The translations under genes were made by a program, and so were the position numbers. A stretch of DNA of 64,000 nucleotides from Octopus vulgaris (lineage: Eukaryota). Location of the stretch: contig OX597831.1 in assembly GCA_951406725.2 (NCBI GenBank), positions 5,828,001 through 5,892,000 of the forward strand, given 5' to 3'. Shown here one piece after another: positions 1-12,531 of this stretch. The first letter of the stretch is position 1. Every line of letters starts with the position of its first letter. A model generated the notes under the pieces. The model did not search any database, had not been told where the DNA came from, and was given only the letters and a program-made list of their open reading frames with translations.

Positions 1-405
1 CACTTGGCCAGGTGAGCATGGTAAACACCGTCATATATGAGGCAGAAGTCACAGCAACGCGACATGATAACCAAACCGAACCGAACGGAAGAATTACATC
101 GAGTTATGCGAAGGCGACTTCGAAAGACGCTATGCAAACCATTTATCTTCTTAGTAAAGCCCCTAAGTTGGTTAACCACGTATAGGGTTTGAAGACCGAT
201 TCCACGCCTCGTACAATCAAATGAAAAATCGTAGAAAATTCCATGCAATATATTAATGCATCTAAGAAATGCAAGTTATGCATAATTAAAATATCACATC
301 CTTTTTACATCTGAGAATTACACCGCACTGATGAATTCCAGATCAGAAATTTTCAACAATTATAAACATACAGACAAATTTCCTTTGGCGAATTGGGGAC
401 ACTAG
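1..405 (+). mobile_element. Degenerate Penelope-like element GIY-YIG endonuclease C-terminal region
   Basis: Broken translation gives VIYEAEVTA..NYIELCEGDFERRYANHLSS..KLVNHV*GLK..IK*KIVE..YINASKKCKLC..YHILF..LMNSRSEIF. This follows the PLE EN pattern (VIY..YIG..F..RY.NH..S..LS.HIW.LK..W.I..C.LC..LN.RSE). It has stops and frameshifts. Confidence 0.7.
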
Positions 406-693
406 CCTCTCCGGAATAAGTAGCCGTATTGCAAACTTTAGACCCCTCTCCATTCAATCAACACTAACTTACTTTATCATGGCTTTACGGTCAAGGGGGA
501 CATAACTCTAATTCACCATTTTCTTTCTCTTTTTCCCTTCTTTTTTGTTTTCTTTACACTCCTCCACTTTTTGCATCCACCTTCCTCTCGTTTTTTCTAA
601 TGATTTCTATTGTTCCATCTTCCTGATTTATAATGTGCTCAGAGCTTGGCGATTACTTGTAGACCAGGTGTGTTATAAAACCTGCCTAGAGCG

Positions 694-760
<67 letters not shown>

Positions 761-764
761 TACT

Positions 765-1285
765 TTTAATCTGCATGTTAGTTACAATCACTAGCCGAGA
801 CACACCCAACGTCCTGGGGCGAGTGAAGGATAAGCGATGTTGCAGTATGACTGAAATCCTGGAGAGTTGGGTGGCAGGGGCAGTAGCGAAATATTTTCAT
901 GTAATACAACACTGACAGTTAAATGGACAGGGTCTTTCTAAGGATGTGGGCAGTACTTGTCAGTACAATCTTTTGGATTTCTCTGAGACATGGTTCTCCT
1001 GGGACATTATCTAGATGTTTCTGATATCCCTTTCTTACCATACCGAGGGCACTCACAATAATAGGAACAGTTCTCGCTTTAAGACGTCACATCTTTTGTA
1101 TTTCAATTTCCAGGTCCTTATATTTACTTAATTTTTCAAATTCCTTTACAGATATATTTTTATACTCCAGTTTCCTGGGATGGCTTACATTAGAACATAG
1201 TTTCCTTTCATTGTTCTTGTGGATCCTGGTTCGTGATGGTTTCAGATTTGATCTTCTTATATCATGGTTCGTGATAGTATCAGAT
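765..1285 (-). mobile_element. R4/Dong-like RLE LINE 3' fragment ending in (TAA)n
   Basis: Minus strand encodes KNISVKEFEKLSKYKDLEIEIQKM*RLKARTVPIIVSALG..LREIQKIVLTSTAHILRKTLSI* (stop at 919-921), then a 3' UTR. (ATT)n lies on both sides. Confidence 0.8.
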
Positions 1286-1301
1286 TATATTGTTGTAGTT
1301 A

Positions 1302-1381
<80 letters not shown>

Positions 1382-1382
<1 letters not shown>

Positions 1383-1597
1383 GGCGGCAAGCAGGCAGAA
1401 TCGTTAGCACGCCGGGCGAAATACTTGGCAGTATTTCGGCCGTCGCTACTTTCTGAGTTCAAATTCCGCCGTGGTCGACTTTTCCTTTCATCCTTTGGGG
1501 GTCGGTAAAATAACTACCAGTGAAACACAAGGGTCGATGTAATCGACTAGTCCTCTCTCCATAATTTCAGGCCTTGTGCCTGTAGTAAAAAGGAGTA
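1382..1597 (+). mobile_element. SINE family C copy
   Basis: GGCGGCAAGCAGGCAGAATCGTTAGCAC..GAGTTCAAATTCC (B-box-like)..CCTTTCATCCTTT..; many copies in the window. Confidence 0.8.
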
Positions 1598-1639
1598 TTA
1601 TTATTATAATTATCATTTTGGTTGTTGTTGTTGCTGTAG

Positions 1640-1830
1640 CTGTCCAATTTTTGTATATCTCAAGCACTTAAATGTCAATCAGTCCAGACATTTCAGTTGA
1701 GGAGCAGTCATCAAGAAGCTAACAAAAGTCTCTTCGTGTTTCTTCTCCGGTGCCTTACATAGACAAAACTTTCCTTCAAATACTTACTGTACCGAAAAGT
1801 GCTGTCTTAACCTTGCATCAAATTCAGGCT
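1640..1830 (-). mobile_element. Old RLE LINE 3' end
   Basis: Minus strand KTALFGTVSI*RKVLSM*, resembling KTALLGTARILRKVLE of other copies; followed by an (ACA)/(TAA) tail. Confidence 0.55.
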
Positions 1831-1887
1831 CATCAATATTCCATTCTCACAAGAATGTAATTTCTCAACTGTATTCACTCGAAAAAT

Positions 1888-2309
1888 GCGTATTTCTTTA
1901 CTACCCACAAGGGTCTAAACACAGAAGGGACAAACAAGGACAGACAAACTGATTAAATCGATTACATCAACCCCAGTGCGTAACTGGTACGTAATTTATC
2001 GACCCCCGAAAAGATGAAAGGCAAAGTCTACCTCGGCGGAATTTGAACTCAGAACATAACGGCAGACGAAATACCTATTTCTTTACTACCCACAAGAGGC
2101 TAAACACTGAGGGGACAAACAAGGACAGGCAAATGGATTAAGTCGATTATATCGACCCCAGTGCGTAACTGGTACTTAATTTATTGACCCCGAAAGGATG
2201 AAAGGCAAAATCGACCTCAGCGAAATTTGAACTCAGAACGAAACGGCAGACGAAATACGGCTCTGCATTTCGCCCAGCGTGCTAATGTTTCTGCCAACTC
2301 ACTGCCTTT
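1888..2309 (-). mobile_element. SINE family C dimer with 14-bp TSD
   Basis: TTCACTCGAAAAAT at 1874-1887 and 2310-2323; a full unit plus a headless second unit. Confidence 0.85.
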
Positions 2310-2767
2310 TTCACTCGAAAAATACCGTTAAAATTGTCTTCAGCTTATTGCTGTTTCTCTGAATATTCCTGGTTTTGTAGTCCAATATTTAATGGTTGTT
2401 GGCCCAACAAAGAGAGAGTGAGGAACGTGAAAAAAAACTTGTAAGCATTATTCCTGGGAATTTCAGAAATTCAATTCTATGTACATTTTATCTATTTCTA
2501 TATAAATACATTCATTTTATTCCTTCATCTTTAAACACTAACAAGCGATATAGAACATTATCATATTAGTTAAACAAACTGCCTATTTATCTCTGATATT
2601 CTCAACAGAAAAATACAGTAATATTTCATATTAATCGCCATTAAAAAGTACTACTATAAAATGGTTGCAATTTACACAAAATACGAGGTTTTAATATTAC
2701 CTTTCGAGCAGGGTTGTACAAGTAATTATCTATTATCGAACAAGATCCCCGGTGACCACTATATATA

Positions 2768-2803
<36 letters not shown>

Positions 2804-2863
2804 TGTATGTATGTATGTATGTATGTATGTATGTATGTATGAATATGTATATATATATATCTA

Positions 2864-2915
<52 letters not shown>

Positions 2916-2917
<2 letters not shown>

Positions 2918-3086
2918 CGCAGGATTGGCTGTGTGGTAAGTAGCTTGCTAACCAACCACATGGTTCTGGGTTCAGTCCCACTGCGTGGCATCTTGGGCAA
3001 GTGTCTTCTGCTATAGCCCCGGGCCGACCAATGCCTTGTGAGTGGATTTGGTAGACAGAAACTGAAAGAAGCCTGTCGTATATATG

Positions 3087-3119
<33 letters not shown>

Positions 3120-3337
3120 TTGTGTGTCTGTGTTTGTTCCCCTAGCATTGCTTGACAACCGATGTTGGTGTGTTTACGTCCCCGTCACTTAGCGGTTCGG
3201 CAAAAGAGACCGATAGAATAAGTACTGGGCTTACAAAGAATAAGTCCCGGGGTCGATTTGCTCGACTAAAGGTGGTGCTCCAGCATGGCCGCAGTCAAAT
3301 GACTGAAACAAGTAAAAGAGTAAAAGAGTAAAAGAGT
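2916..3337 (+). mobile_element. SINE family B (tRNA-like head, internal (TA)n(TG)n, AAAAGAGT-repeat tail)
   Basis: GGCGCAGGATTGGCTGTGTGGTAAG..GGTTCAGTCCC..GGATTTGGTAGAC..CCAGCATGGCCGCAGTCAAATGACTGAAACAAG; near-identical copies at 31433, 48421 and 60861. Confidence 0.85.
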
Positions 3338-3397
3338 ATATATATATATATATACATAGAGAGAGAGAGAGATATATATAGATATAAACATACATGT

Positions 3398-3480
<83 letters not shown>

Positions 3481-3575
3481 TATATATATATATGCATATA
3501 TATATAAGAAATTTTCGCGTAATGAGATAAAAAAAACCAAGGCTGTATAGATATTAGACCATTTATAGATAGAAG

Positions 3576-3626
3576 GTCTTACAGCTGTTTCCAGGATATT
3601 TATTAATTATATCCCTTCATCGGGGT
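3576..3626 (-). ncRNA. Degenerate minimal hammerhead-like motif
   Basis: Minus strand CCGATGA-AG-GGATAT..ATATCC-TG-GAAAC-AGCT-GTA; palindromic stem III ACAGCTGT; core position U4 is C. Confidence 0.5.
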
Positions 3627-3669
3627 ATATATATACATATATATACATACATACATATATATATACATG

Positions 3670-3783
<114 letters not shown>

Positions 3784-4063
3784 TATGTATGTATGTATGT
3801 ATAGCGTAACAGTAGATATTCTGTTGTATATCTTTATCCACATTGTATATATAACGTAGACATTAGATTAACTTAGGGCGAAGTAGATAATTTTTTAGAA
3901 TTGAGAACAATCGCGATAAAACGTTTTAGCTTTTGATTTCTACCATATTAACTTCATCCTTTATGTCGCTTTATCTAATTCTATGCTCTGGTCACGTGGC
4001 CTGAGCTGCAGAGGAAGAAGGAAACTTGTAGCTATGTAAATTTACCACACCGTTTAGACTTTA

Positions 4064-4797
4064 GGAGGTGGTATCAAAAAATTCCCGGACTAGATCTGTA
4101 GCGCGGCAACAGATGACAGCACAGGGTTTCGTGCCCAGTGAGAACTAGCAGTGACCATGAGGCAGTATGTTGACTGATATTGCTGTGTTTACTTCGCAAA
4201 CTGAGAAAATTGTGTTTTTGTGATCAGGTGTATGCTGTTTCTGCGACTTTTTCATGAACCGGAAGTTGGAACAAAGAGACAACATGAAATTTGGCGTTGA
4301 ACTCGGAAAGTCTGCGACAGAGACATTGAACATGCTTTGGCAAGCTTACGCCGAGAAGGCAATGGATCGTATACAATGTTTCGAGCGGCACGGGCGCTTC
4401 AAAAGCGTAAGAATGTCTCTGCAAGAGGTGCCACGAGCGTCACCCCCGGAAATGTGGAAAAAAATTTCTCAGTTAGTGCACGGGGATTGTCGGGGGACAA
4501 TCAACGACGTTTCGAAACTTTTGAAGGAGGACATTCGGCGAAAATGGCCGGATCTGTGGAGTGCGACGAATTAATCGTAACTTAGCGGTTCGGCAAAAGA
4601 GACCGATAAAATAAGTACTAAGATTTACGAAGAATAAGTCCTGGGGTCGATTTGCTCGACTAAAGGCGGTGCTCCAGCATGGCCGCAGTCAAATGGCTGA
4701 AACAAGTAAAAGAAAAGAAAGAAAGAGATAGAGATATAATTTTTTTTCTTTTTAATATTAAACATAACTCATCCGGGAACTTTTCGATACCACCTGA
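4064..4797 (+). mobile_element. Internally deleted mariner element with a family-B SINE tail inside
   Basis: TIRs GAGGTGGTATCAAAAAATTCCCGGA / TCCGGGAACTTTTCGATACCACCT; mariner HTH N-terminus LEQRDNMKFGVELGKSATETLNMLWQAY; SINE piece at ~4575-4715. Confidence 0.8.
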
Positions 4798-5140
4798 CAT
4801 AGTGAAGTAAAAATTGACAGAATTTGTAGCATATTCGTCAAGAGAATGACTTGAACGCCAAAATTTTGTCTTCTTGTAAACTAAATATCCTGCTCCATGT
4901 AAGAAAAAAAAACCGATCATCATATTCGCTAGTTATTTACATTTAATCATATTTAGTTGTTAATGAATCGTTATATGCACGGTGAACAGCGCGATTTGAA
5001 AAGATGACTAGCGTATTTATTCTTAATACGTTCCGCCAGGTTCGAACGTGAATAGGTCAATCGTTGATGTATTTCGTAACAGGAGAACAACGTCACCTTT
5101 ATGATAACTATTTGTTCATAATCACGGTATCATGGTATCG

Positions 5141-5526
5141 GTGGAGGCGCAATGGCCCAGTGGTTAGGGCAGCGGACTCGCGGTCATAGGATCGCGGTTT
5201 CAATTCCCAGACCGGGCGTTGTGAGTGTTTATTGAGCGAAAACACCTAAAAGTTCCACGAGGCTCCGGCAGGGATGGTGGTGATCCCTGCTGTACTCTTT
5301 CACCACAACTTTCTCTCACTCTTACTTCCTGTTTCTGTTGTACCTGTATTTCAAAGGGTCGGCCTTGTCACTCTCTGTGTCACGCTGAATATCCCCGAGA
5401 ACTATGTTAAGGGTACACGTGTCTGTGGAGTGCTCAGCCACTTACACGTTAATTTCACGAGCAGGCTGTTCCGTTGATTCGGATCAACCGGAACCCTCAT
5501 CGTCGTAACCGACGGAGTGCTTCCAC
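5141..5526 (+). mobile_element. SINE family A, full length with TSD
   Basis: tRNA-like head GGCGCAATGGCCCAGTGGTTAGGGCAGCGGACTCGCGGTC; 12-bp TSD ATCATGGTATCG at 5129-5140 and 5527-5538. Confidence 0.9.
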
Positions 5527-6771
5527 ATCATGGTATCGACCAGACTATCTGATGCTGTTATATATCACTGGTCACAACTCACTTTGCTTTTTAGCTTTTG
5601 TATGATGCCACCACGCTGGCTGGACCAATAGGCCGACGTTCCCCCTGATCAGAAGGTTTTTTTCGTCGTAGAGTTACTCATTCACAGCTCAAGAAGACTA
5701 CGTTCCACCTGGTCCTGGATTCGAACCCACTATCTAGCGATTGATGATTCTAGACAAAATCCGATGGCCTTGTGTTAAACTTCATCGAACAGCTTGTTCG
5801 CTGATCGAAGCTGATATCTGCCAACTGATAATGAATTGTTATATGCTTGGTGAACAGCAAGATCCGAAACGATGATTTGTATATTTATTGTTCATACGTT
5901 CCGGCAGATGCGAACGCAAATACGCTAATCGCAGTTGTGTTCGTCACAGGAGACAAAACACTTCATCTCTCGTGGTTCTGCGATTCCTTCGACACCTGTT
6001 CAGGCTACGCTGATTTGATGGAGGCCGTGAGCAGAGGCAAATCATGTGCAAATTGTTCAGCTAGAAATTGCAGAACCGTTTTTCTCGGACTACATCATGT
6101 ATACACTTTTGTGCGTGTATGTATATAAGTAAACATACAAAATAAGTCTGTCTGAATGTATGTACACTCTCTCTTTCTTCCCTTTTTCTTTCTCATACGC
6201 ACACACATATCTGTTTTCAAATCTCTCAGTTCATTAATCAAAAATATAAATGTTTTTTGGAGAGAGGAGGGGTTGCTATTTTATTTATTTATTTATTTAC
6301 CTGGTTTTTTTTTCCTTTTTTTTTTTTGTCGAATTCTTCGAATATTTCGGCCTGTCTCATTGGTATTTTATTTATGGGCCTCACATACCAATTTTCTGGT
6401 TTTTCAGGCTTGGTGGAAAATGAGACAAAAACGGAATGAAAAAGGAAAATTTCAGTGTAATACGGTACCGACAAATAACGTTAAAAAAAAAAAAAGCTGT
6501 CTCGACCATTCTATTTTGGGGTTGTCTGCTACTGTAATTGTCAGGATGAATTATATTGTTGGCGTATTTCCTCTTTCTTTATCTTTCTATTTGCTGTAGT
6601 TTTTATGTAGGTTTCTGTGTAATTATGATTATTTATGTGTTTGTGCGAGCATGCGTGCATTTCTGTCTTTACTTACCGCTTTTCCTTTCAAAGACGTAAA
6701 CGATTCCTCTAAAATAGATTTTGTTCCTCATCTGAGATCTGAGACAGGGGGAGAAAAAGACAAAGAAAGAA

Positions 6772-6819
<48 letters not shown>

Positions 6820-7984
6820 AGAACAGAATGAAAGAGAGAGAAATAGCAATGAGAGAGATTTGCTACAAATAGTATCGTATTATTTTCATGAAAGCAAAAT
6901 TTTTCCAAATTTTTCAAAGTTCGCAAAAATAAAAATGAAGTTTTGATTGCGTAAGGAGAAAAAGAAGACAAGGAAGGGTGCAGAATAAATGGCATTTAAC
7001 TTTACGTTGCACGGAAGAAGAAATGAAATTGAAGGTGACGTTGCATACAGTGTCTCTTTGAAGGGTTACAAAAGCGAAAGTGAAAGGGAGAATATATGGG
7101 AAACATAAGAAAATTGTGTTTTCACGTGGCAGAATGGTGGAAGTGTTGGAAGAAAAGTAGAAGGGTATCATCAAGTGGTTTCATCAAAGCAACAGAGGTT
7201 GTTGTAAGTTTTGTATATTGCATACGCGTGTAACGGACAGCAGCGCATGGACTAAGTATAAAAGCGCGAAGAATGTGTGTATGGGGAGAGATTGTGTATA
7301 TCAAGTATTGCATGGGTGGTAATACTTTTATATGGGGTTATGTGTGTATTTTTTTGACAGCATGCGTTTTACGTATTCCAAATATGTGTTCGAAGAGAGC
7401 GTACTGGCTTTTCAAAATTGTGGATATGGCATACTGAGGTGGAAGGTGAGCCGTTCTTCACATTGTAGTCGGGATACGGGAGAGCCGCACTATAAGAGAC
7501 GGAAACATGTAGAGAAAAGTAGCTACACGAACTGAATTAGTAATTCGCCGTTTGTGCGTGCGCATGTTTTCTGTGCACGTGTGAGTGTGTGATACTTCCG
7601 TTTCTCCGAGTGCATCACCAACTGTCAACCTAAACATATATAAAATCTATGTAACGTGTTGAGAGCTCACCTTTTACCTTTGACTACGTAAATGTGTTTG
7701 TATATGCATATGTGTATATATAGTATTTCTATTCTTTTTTGCTTTTTTTTTCTTCCCTTTAGTCCTTCTTTTCTAAATCATCACTGTTCTTCCCTTTCCT
7801 TTTTGTCTCTCTTTCACATAAATTATACTTACACATTCTGCCTCACTTCGCTCCCCACCCCATGCCTCCCCTTAAGTTTCTGTGCCTTTGTTCTGTTGAT
7901 ACATAAATATCTGTATATTTATGCATCAATATTCATCGTGTGTATATTTTAAGTCTTCGTTTTCTATTTACACACACACATATA

Positions 7985-8256
<272 letters not shown>

Positions 8257-8264
<8 letters not shown>

Positions 8265-9225
8265 ATTGGTGAATTGAAGAAATGGAGCTGAACGCAGATT
8301 GAACAGAAATCGTTTTATTTCATTCTACACGTGTTTCGAAAGGCACAAATTACCAAATTCCGATTGAATAATGGGACCATATTGTGTCTTTCTCTTCAGG
8401 AAGAAAATAGGAAATCCATTGGAAAAACAAAAACAGAACAGAGGCGGAGCAAAAACAAATCGAACTATGCTCCTAAGAGCCCATGGCGAAACTGTTTATC
8501 AGTGTATGTTGAGAACCGGTGGCTGAAGAATTTAACGGGTCAGGCATCGGTCAATCATGTGGGTGAGGGTGTGTAGGTGTTCTTTGTGACCGAGAATAAA
8601 GTTCTGACTATTTAAGGAATATTGGATGTTTTATAAGGGGCGAGAAAAAATCTACTTAGAGACGTGTGTGTGTGTTGGCGTAGGGGTAGAAAACATTTTT
8701 TGTGTACGTGTGTGCGTTTGATCGTTCGGCTGTCAGTGGCTACTGCCGTCAGAACCGTTGGGTGGCAGAAAAAAAAATATATATATTATGTTTTATGTGT
8801 GTGTGTGTTCATCTAAGCCTGCCTTGTCAAGGAAACCCCCCGCTGTGAAAAAACCAAGCCCCGTTTGTCTTACAGGAGTAATTCCCCTTGCAGTGGCTAA
8901 TCGTAGATATCTTAAAGGCTATTTCAGAATTTGTTACCAAGGGCTATGGGTGCCGGTATTATTTATAAACGCTATTTAAAAGCCAGATAAGTGTAGCGCC
9001 GCCAATGGGGGCATCGAAAAGCCGACTGTAAAAGCCCATTTACCATCCGGCCTCTGGCAAACAAAATATGGAAGAGTTCGGAGACACAAAGGTTGCACTG
9101 CCTTCTGCCCCTATCAAATGGGAGGGCCACCGACAAAATTGACCATTCCAGCCTGTAGCTTAAGTTCGTATCCTTCAGTCGCCATATTAGCTTACTGAGT
9201 CCCGTGGTCTGGCGCTTGTTCATGT
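8257..9225 (-). mobile_element. Penelope-like element 3' end: GIY-YIG C-terminus plus pLTR with hammerhead
   Basis: ORF 8972-9225 encodes TGLSKLIWRLKDTNLSYRLEWSIL..PFDRGRRQCNLCVSELFHILF..N..CPH. Downstream are a hammerhead and AATAAA; (TA)n lies on both sides. Confidence 0.8.
8323..8402 (-). ncRNA. Type-I hammerhead ribozyme, canonical core
   Basis: TTC-CTGAAGA-GAAAGACACAA..TTGTGCCTTTC-GAAAC-ACGT-GTA-GAA: 3-bp stem I, 11-bp stem II (1 mismatch), palindromic stem III, GUA cleavage triplet. Confidence 0.8.
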
Positions 9226-9482
9226 CATATATATATATATATGCTGGGAGAATCGTTAGCACGCCAGGACAAAATGCTTAACAATATTTGGTCTGTCTTC
9301 ACGCTCTGAGTTCCATCAACGTCGACTTTGCATTTCGTCTTTTCAGGATCATTAAAATAAGTACTAGTTGAGTAATATTTTTGCATAAACTATGGAATTA
9401 AATCCTTAACCCGAAAATAGCTAAACATGGTGTTGCTCCAAGATGGCCGCAGTCAAATGACTGAAACAAGTAAAAGAATATA

Positions 9483-10286
9483 AGAATAAAAGAATATATG
9501 TTGTATCAGAACTCTCGACATGTGAATTAAAGAATAACAATCCATTTAGATAATCGTTTCACCTGGATAACTCCATCCATCCATTCTCCGCCGACTATTC
9601 CTGAAAGGGTTGTGAAGGGCATACTCTTCAGGCACCTCCTCCATAGGGTCCTACCAGAAGCAATCGTCATTACACTTCGCGACAGGTTTCCCAATTTCCC
9701 AAGAGTGACCAGCTTAGACTTTGGATATTATCCATCCACCTCCTTCTTGGTCTATCCCTGGGTCTTTTACCAGTTGGCTCGGCTTAAAGAATCTATCTTC
9801 AGATACTTTCTTACAACATTCTAATAACATGTCCACTGTACCGGAGAAGTGACGTCTCAATGCGGAAAAGTAACGGTTTTGACCAGGAGAGATTTCTTGG
9901 TCGCTTAACTACGCATTCTGTCGAGCGAGTGACGTTGATTCAGGAATCCTTCGGAGGGACTCCATTTTGGCCGTGTGTATTCGCGATCATAATCACTCGG
10001 TCATTTCTCATCATTCACATCTACAGATATATACAGGCACGAAAACCGAATTGAAGATAGTGAGTTTGGGAAATTGGGAAACCAGTCGCGAAGTGTAATG
10101 ACGATTGCTTCTGGTAGGACCCTATGGAGGAGGTGCCTGAAGAGTATGCCCTTCACAACCCTTCCAGGAATAGTCGGCGGAGAATGGATGGATGGAGTTA
10201 TCCAGGTGAAACGATTATCTAGATGGATTGTTATTCTTTAATCCACATGTCGAGAGTTCTGATACAACATACATTCTTTTATTCTT
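9483..10286. repeat. ~220-bp inverted duplication (9483-9702 / 10066-10286)
   Basis: The arms are reverse complements with only a few mismatches. Confidence 0.95.
9575..10065 (-). mobile_element. RTE-clade (Expander/Rex3-like) LINE 3' fragment
   Basis: LTIFNSVFVP..SRIHTAKMESLRRI..FRIETSLLRYSGHVIRM..PTGKRPRDRPRRRWMDNIQSLSW..TLWRRCL, then a (TGGA)n tail. Confidence 0.8.
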
Positions 10287-10966
10287 TTTTTCTTTTTGCC
10301 AACCTCTCTTCTTCCGAGGATCGAATGCTGGAGCTGGCCCATGACACGTTTCAGTTACGTCATAATCGAATTCAGAAGCAATGAAAAATGTAAAAAAAAA
10401 AAAAGAAGCAAAATGGAGCATATATGACATGTCTGTCGTAATGTAAACGTCAATAAAGTTGGATGTAATTTAAACAGAATCTCAAGTTGTTCTAGTTTAG
10501 TTTCAGGTTGGTAGTGACCGGACAGACCTATGATTAAAGATAGGTTGTTTGCAGATATGACAGGAATTTGATACAAATATCAAACAAAAAGAAGAACTGT
10601 ATCGATAAATACCGAAGGAAAAAAAAATGGAAAGAACAATCACAACCATATTTAACAGAAATATAATCCCAGGTATATATGAATGATGGTGGGAGGGGAT
10701 ATTATTGTGTCTATTGATTAGGATTTGAGGGCATTTGAGTTAGGAAAGAAACAATTGAAATAGGATTGATTGACAGGTCATAGAAAGTCTTGATTTATCA
10801 CCGGGTCACCACATCGAGAAATAAACCTGGCTGAGGTTGCCCCTTTCCTAACAACTCGTTTTTTTATTAACCACAAGGGCCCTAAACAGAGGGGGACATA
10901 CAAGAACAGACAGGACACCACAAAGGGGACAATACATAAAACGAATATGAATGAGATGGTTATATA

Positions 10967-11355
10967 ATGGATGGAAGCACTCCGTCGGTTACGACGATGA
11001 GGGTTCCGGTTGATCCGACCAACGGAACAGCCTGCTCGTGAAATTAACGTGTAAGTGGCTGAGCACTCCACAGACACGTGTACCCTCAACGTAGTTCTCG
11101 GGGATATTCAGCGTGACATAGAGAGTGACAAGGCCTGCCCTTTGAAATACAGGTACAACAGAAACAGGAAGAAAGAGTGAGAGAAAGTTGTGGTGAAAGA
11201 GTACAGCAGGGATCACCACCATCCCCTGCCGGAGCCTCGTGGAGCTTTAGGTGTTTTCGCTCAATAAACACTCACAACGCCCGGTCTGGGAATCGAAACA
11301 GCGATCCTACGACCGCGAGTCCGCTGCCCTAACCACTGGGCCATTGCGCCTCCAC
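10967..11355 (-). mobile_element. SINE family A, full length with TSD
   Basis: Reverse complement of 5141-5526; GGTTATATA at 10958-10966 and 11356-11364. Confidence 0.9.
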
Positions 11356-11441
11356 GGTTATATATTAATGAGGTTATGGATGGCTGCCGACAAATGAAAA
11401 TCATAAGTACGAGATATAAGAGAAATGAAATGACTTTATAT

Positions 11442-12110
11442 GCAAAACTAGTTGAATCTAGTTTTCTAGCGAAGTTATTTGAGCCTGGTTTTCTCGCAAA
11501 AGTAGTTGCGGTCGGCTTTCACACTAAACTAGTCGAATCTGATGTGGCTGGGGAGAGTCCTTTTCTTTTTGTGCCTTATAATGTAACACACTCACCGGTA
11601 AAATTTCCACTTATTTCTTATTTTTATTTTCCTAAAATTTTCGTTGCGTCTTGCAACCTTTTCAATAGTCTTGAATAAGAAATAAGTGGAAATTTTACCG
11701 GTATGTTACATTATAAGGCACAACTCATATAAAGAATCTTGCAACACACGAACTCATATAAAGAATATTGCAAACAAATTCAAAAACGAAGTAGTTGAAT
11801 GTGGTTTTATCGCAAAAGTAGTTGAGCCTGATTCTTGCACAAAACTATTTGAGACCGAATTTTTTCACAAAAGTAGTTTAATCTGGTTTTCTTGCAAAAC
11901 TAATCGAGGTTGGTTTTCTCGCAAAACATGGAATGGTTTCCTCGCAAAGGTAGTTGAGCCTGACTTTCTCGCGAAATTAGCTGAATCTGCTTTTCCCGCA
12001 AAGTTTGTTGGAGTGGTTTTCACGTAAAACTAATTTAAATCTGGCCTTCTCGCAAAATTAGATGACGCTGGTTTTCTCACAAAACTTTTTGAGAGTTTGG
12101 TTTTCCCGAC
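11442..12110. repeat. Degenerate 27-bp minisatellite (~GCAAAAGTAGTTGAGCCTGGTTTTCTC), interrupted at ~11543-11790
   Basis: About 4 units before and about 11 after the insertion; contains frameshifts and stops. Confidence 0.8.
11543..11790. mobile_element. Palindromic hammerhead-like repeat (same family as 41143-41465)
   Basis: GGGGAGAGTC..CACTCACCGGTAAAATTTCC..CAATAGTC followed by a deleted inverted copy. Confidence 0.8.
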
Positions 12111-12270
12111 GAAAGTTCCTTACAGTTGTGATGGGTACTAGTAGTACTTTGACACATCACTTTGAATATTTATTTCGCTGTCTTCAAAAGAAATTTTTGC
12201 AACGGAAGTAGAACGGACAGTCAACATAATCGACTAAATTCTTGCGAGACTTGAAGTTTCAAGCCCTATA

Positions 12271-12531
12271 AAATATAAATAAATGCGCCCTTTTAAAGCC
12301 TAGCCAGACTCATGGGCCCGGCTTCCCGGTTTCCATGGCGTATGTGTTTCCCAGCTGGACGGGGTGTCAGTCCATAGCAGCGTTACTCATTTTTACTAGC
12401 TGAGTGGACTGGAGCAACGCGAAATGAAGTGTTTTGCTGAAGAACACAACGCGTCGCCCGGTCCAGGAATCGAAACCACAATCTTACGATCATGGTGCTG
12501 ACATCCTAACCACTAAGCCACGCGCCTCCAC
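12271..12531 (-). mobile_element. SINE family D (tRNA head, CORE-like body) with TSD
   Basis: GGCGCGTGGCTTAGTGGTTAGG..GGTTTCGATTCC; TSD TTCAAGCC(C/T)TATA at 12258-12270 and 12532-12544. Confidence 0.85.

Noticed and set aside
328-356. CTGATGA..CAGAAA hammerhead-like string
   Set aside because: No convincing stems I-III; it lies in the PLE coding remnant LMNSRSEIF.
5141-5215. tRNA-like sequences at SINE heads (also 11285-11355, 12455-12531, 25395-25469, 63704-63780)
   Set aside because: The cloverleaf is incomplete and each continues into a SINE body, TSD-flanked where both ends are visible; these are not tRNA genes.
5847-6128. 93-aa Cys-containing ORF
   Set aside because: TTG start, no recognisable family; its 3' part resembles the old repeat at ~57256 and its 5' paralogue has stops.
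9483-10286. Long-TIR transposon or hammerhead (CTGAAGA..GAAAC) interpretation of the inverted repeat
   Set aside because: The arms are RTE 3' end plus flank; there is no TSD and no stem II/III.
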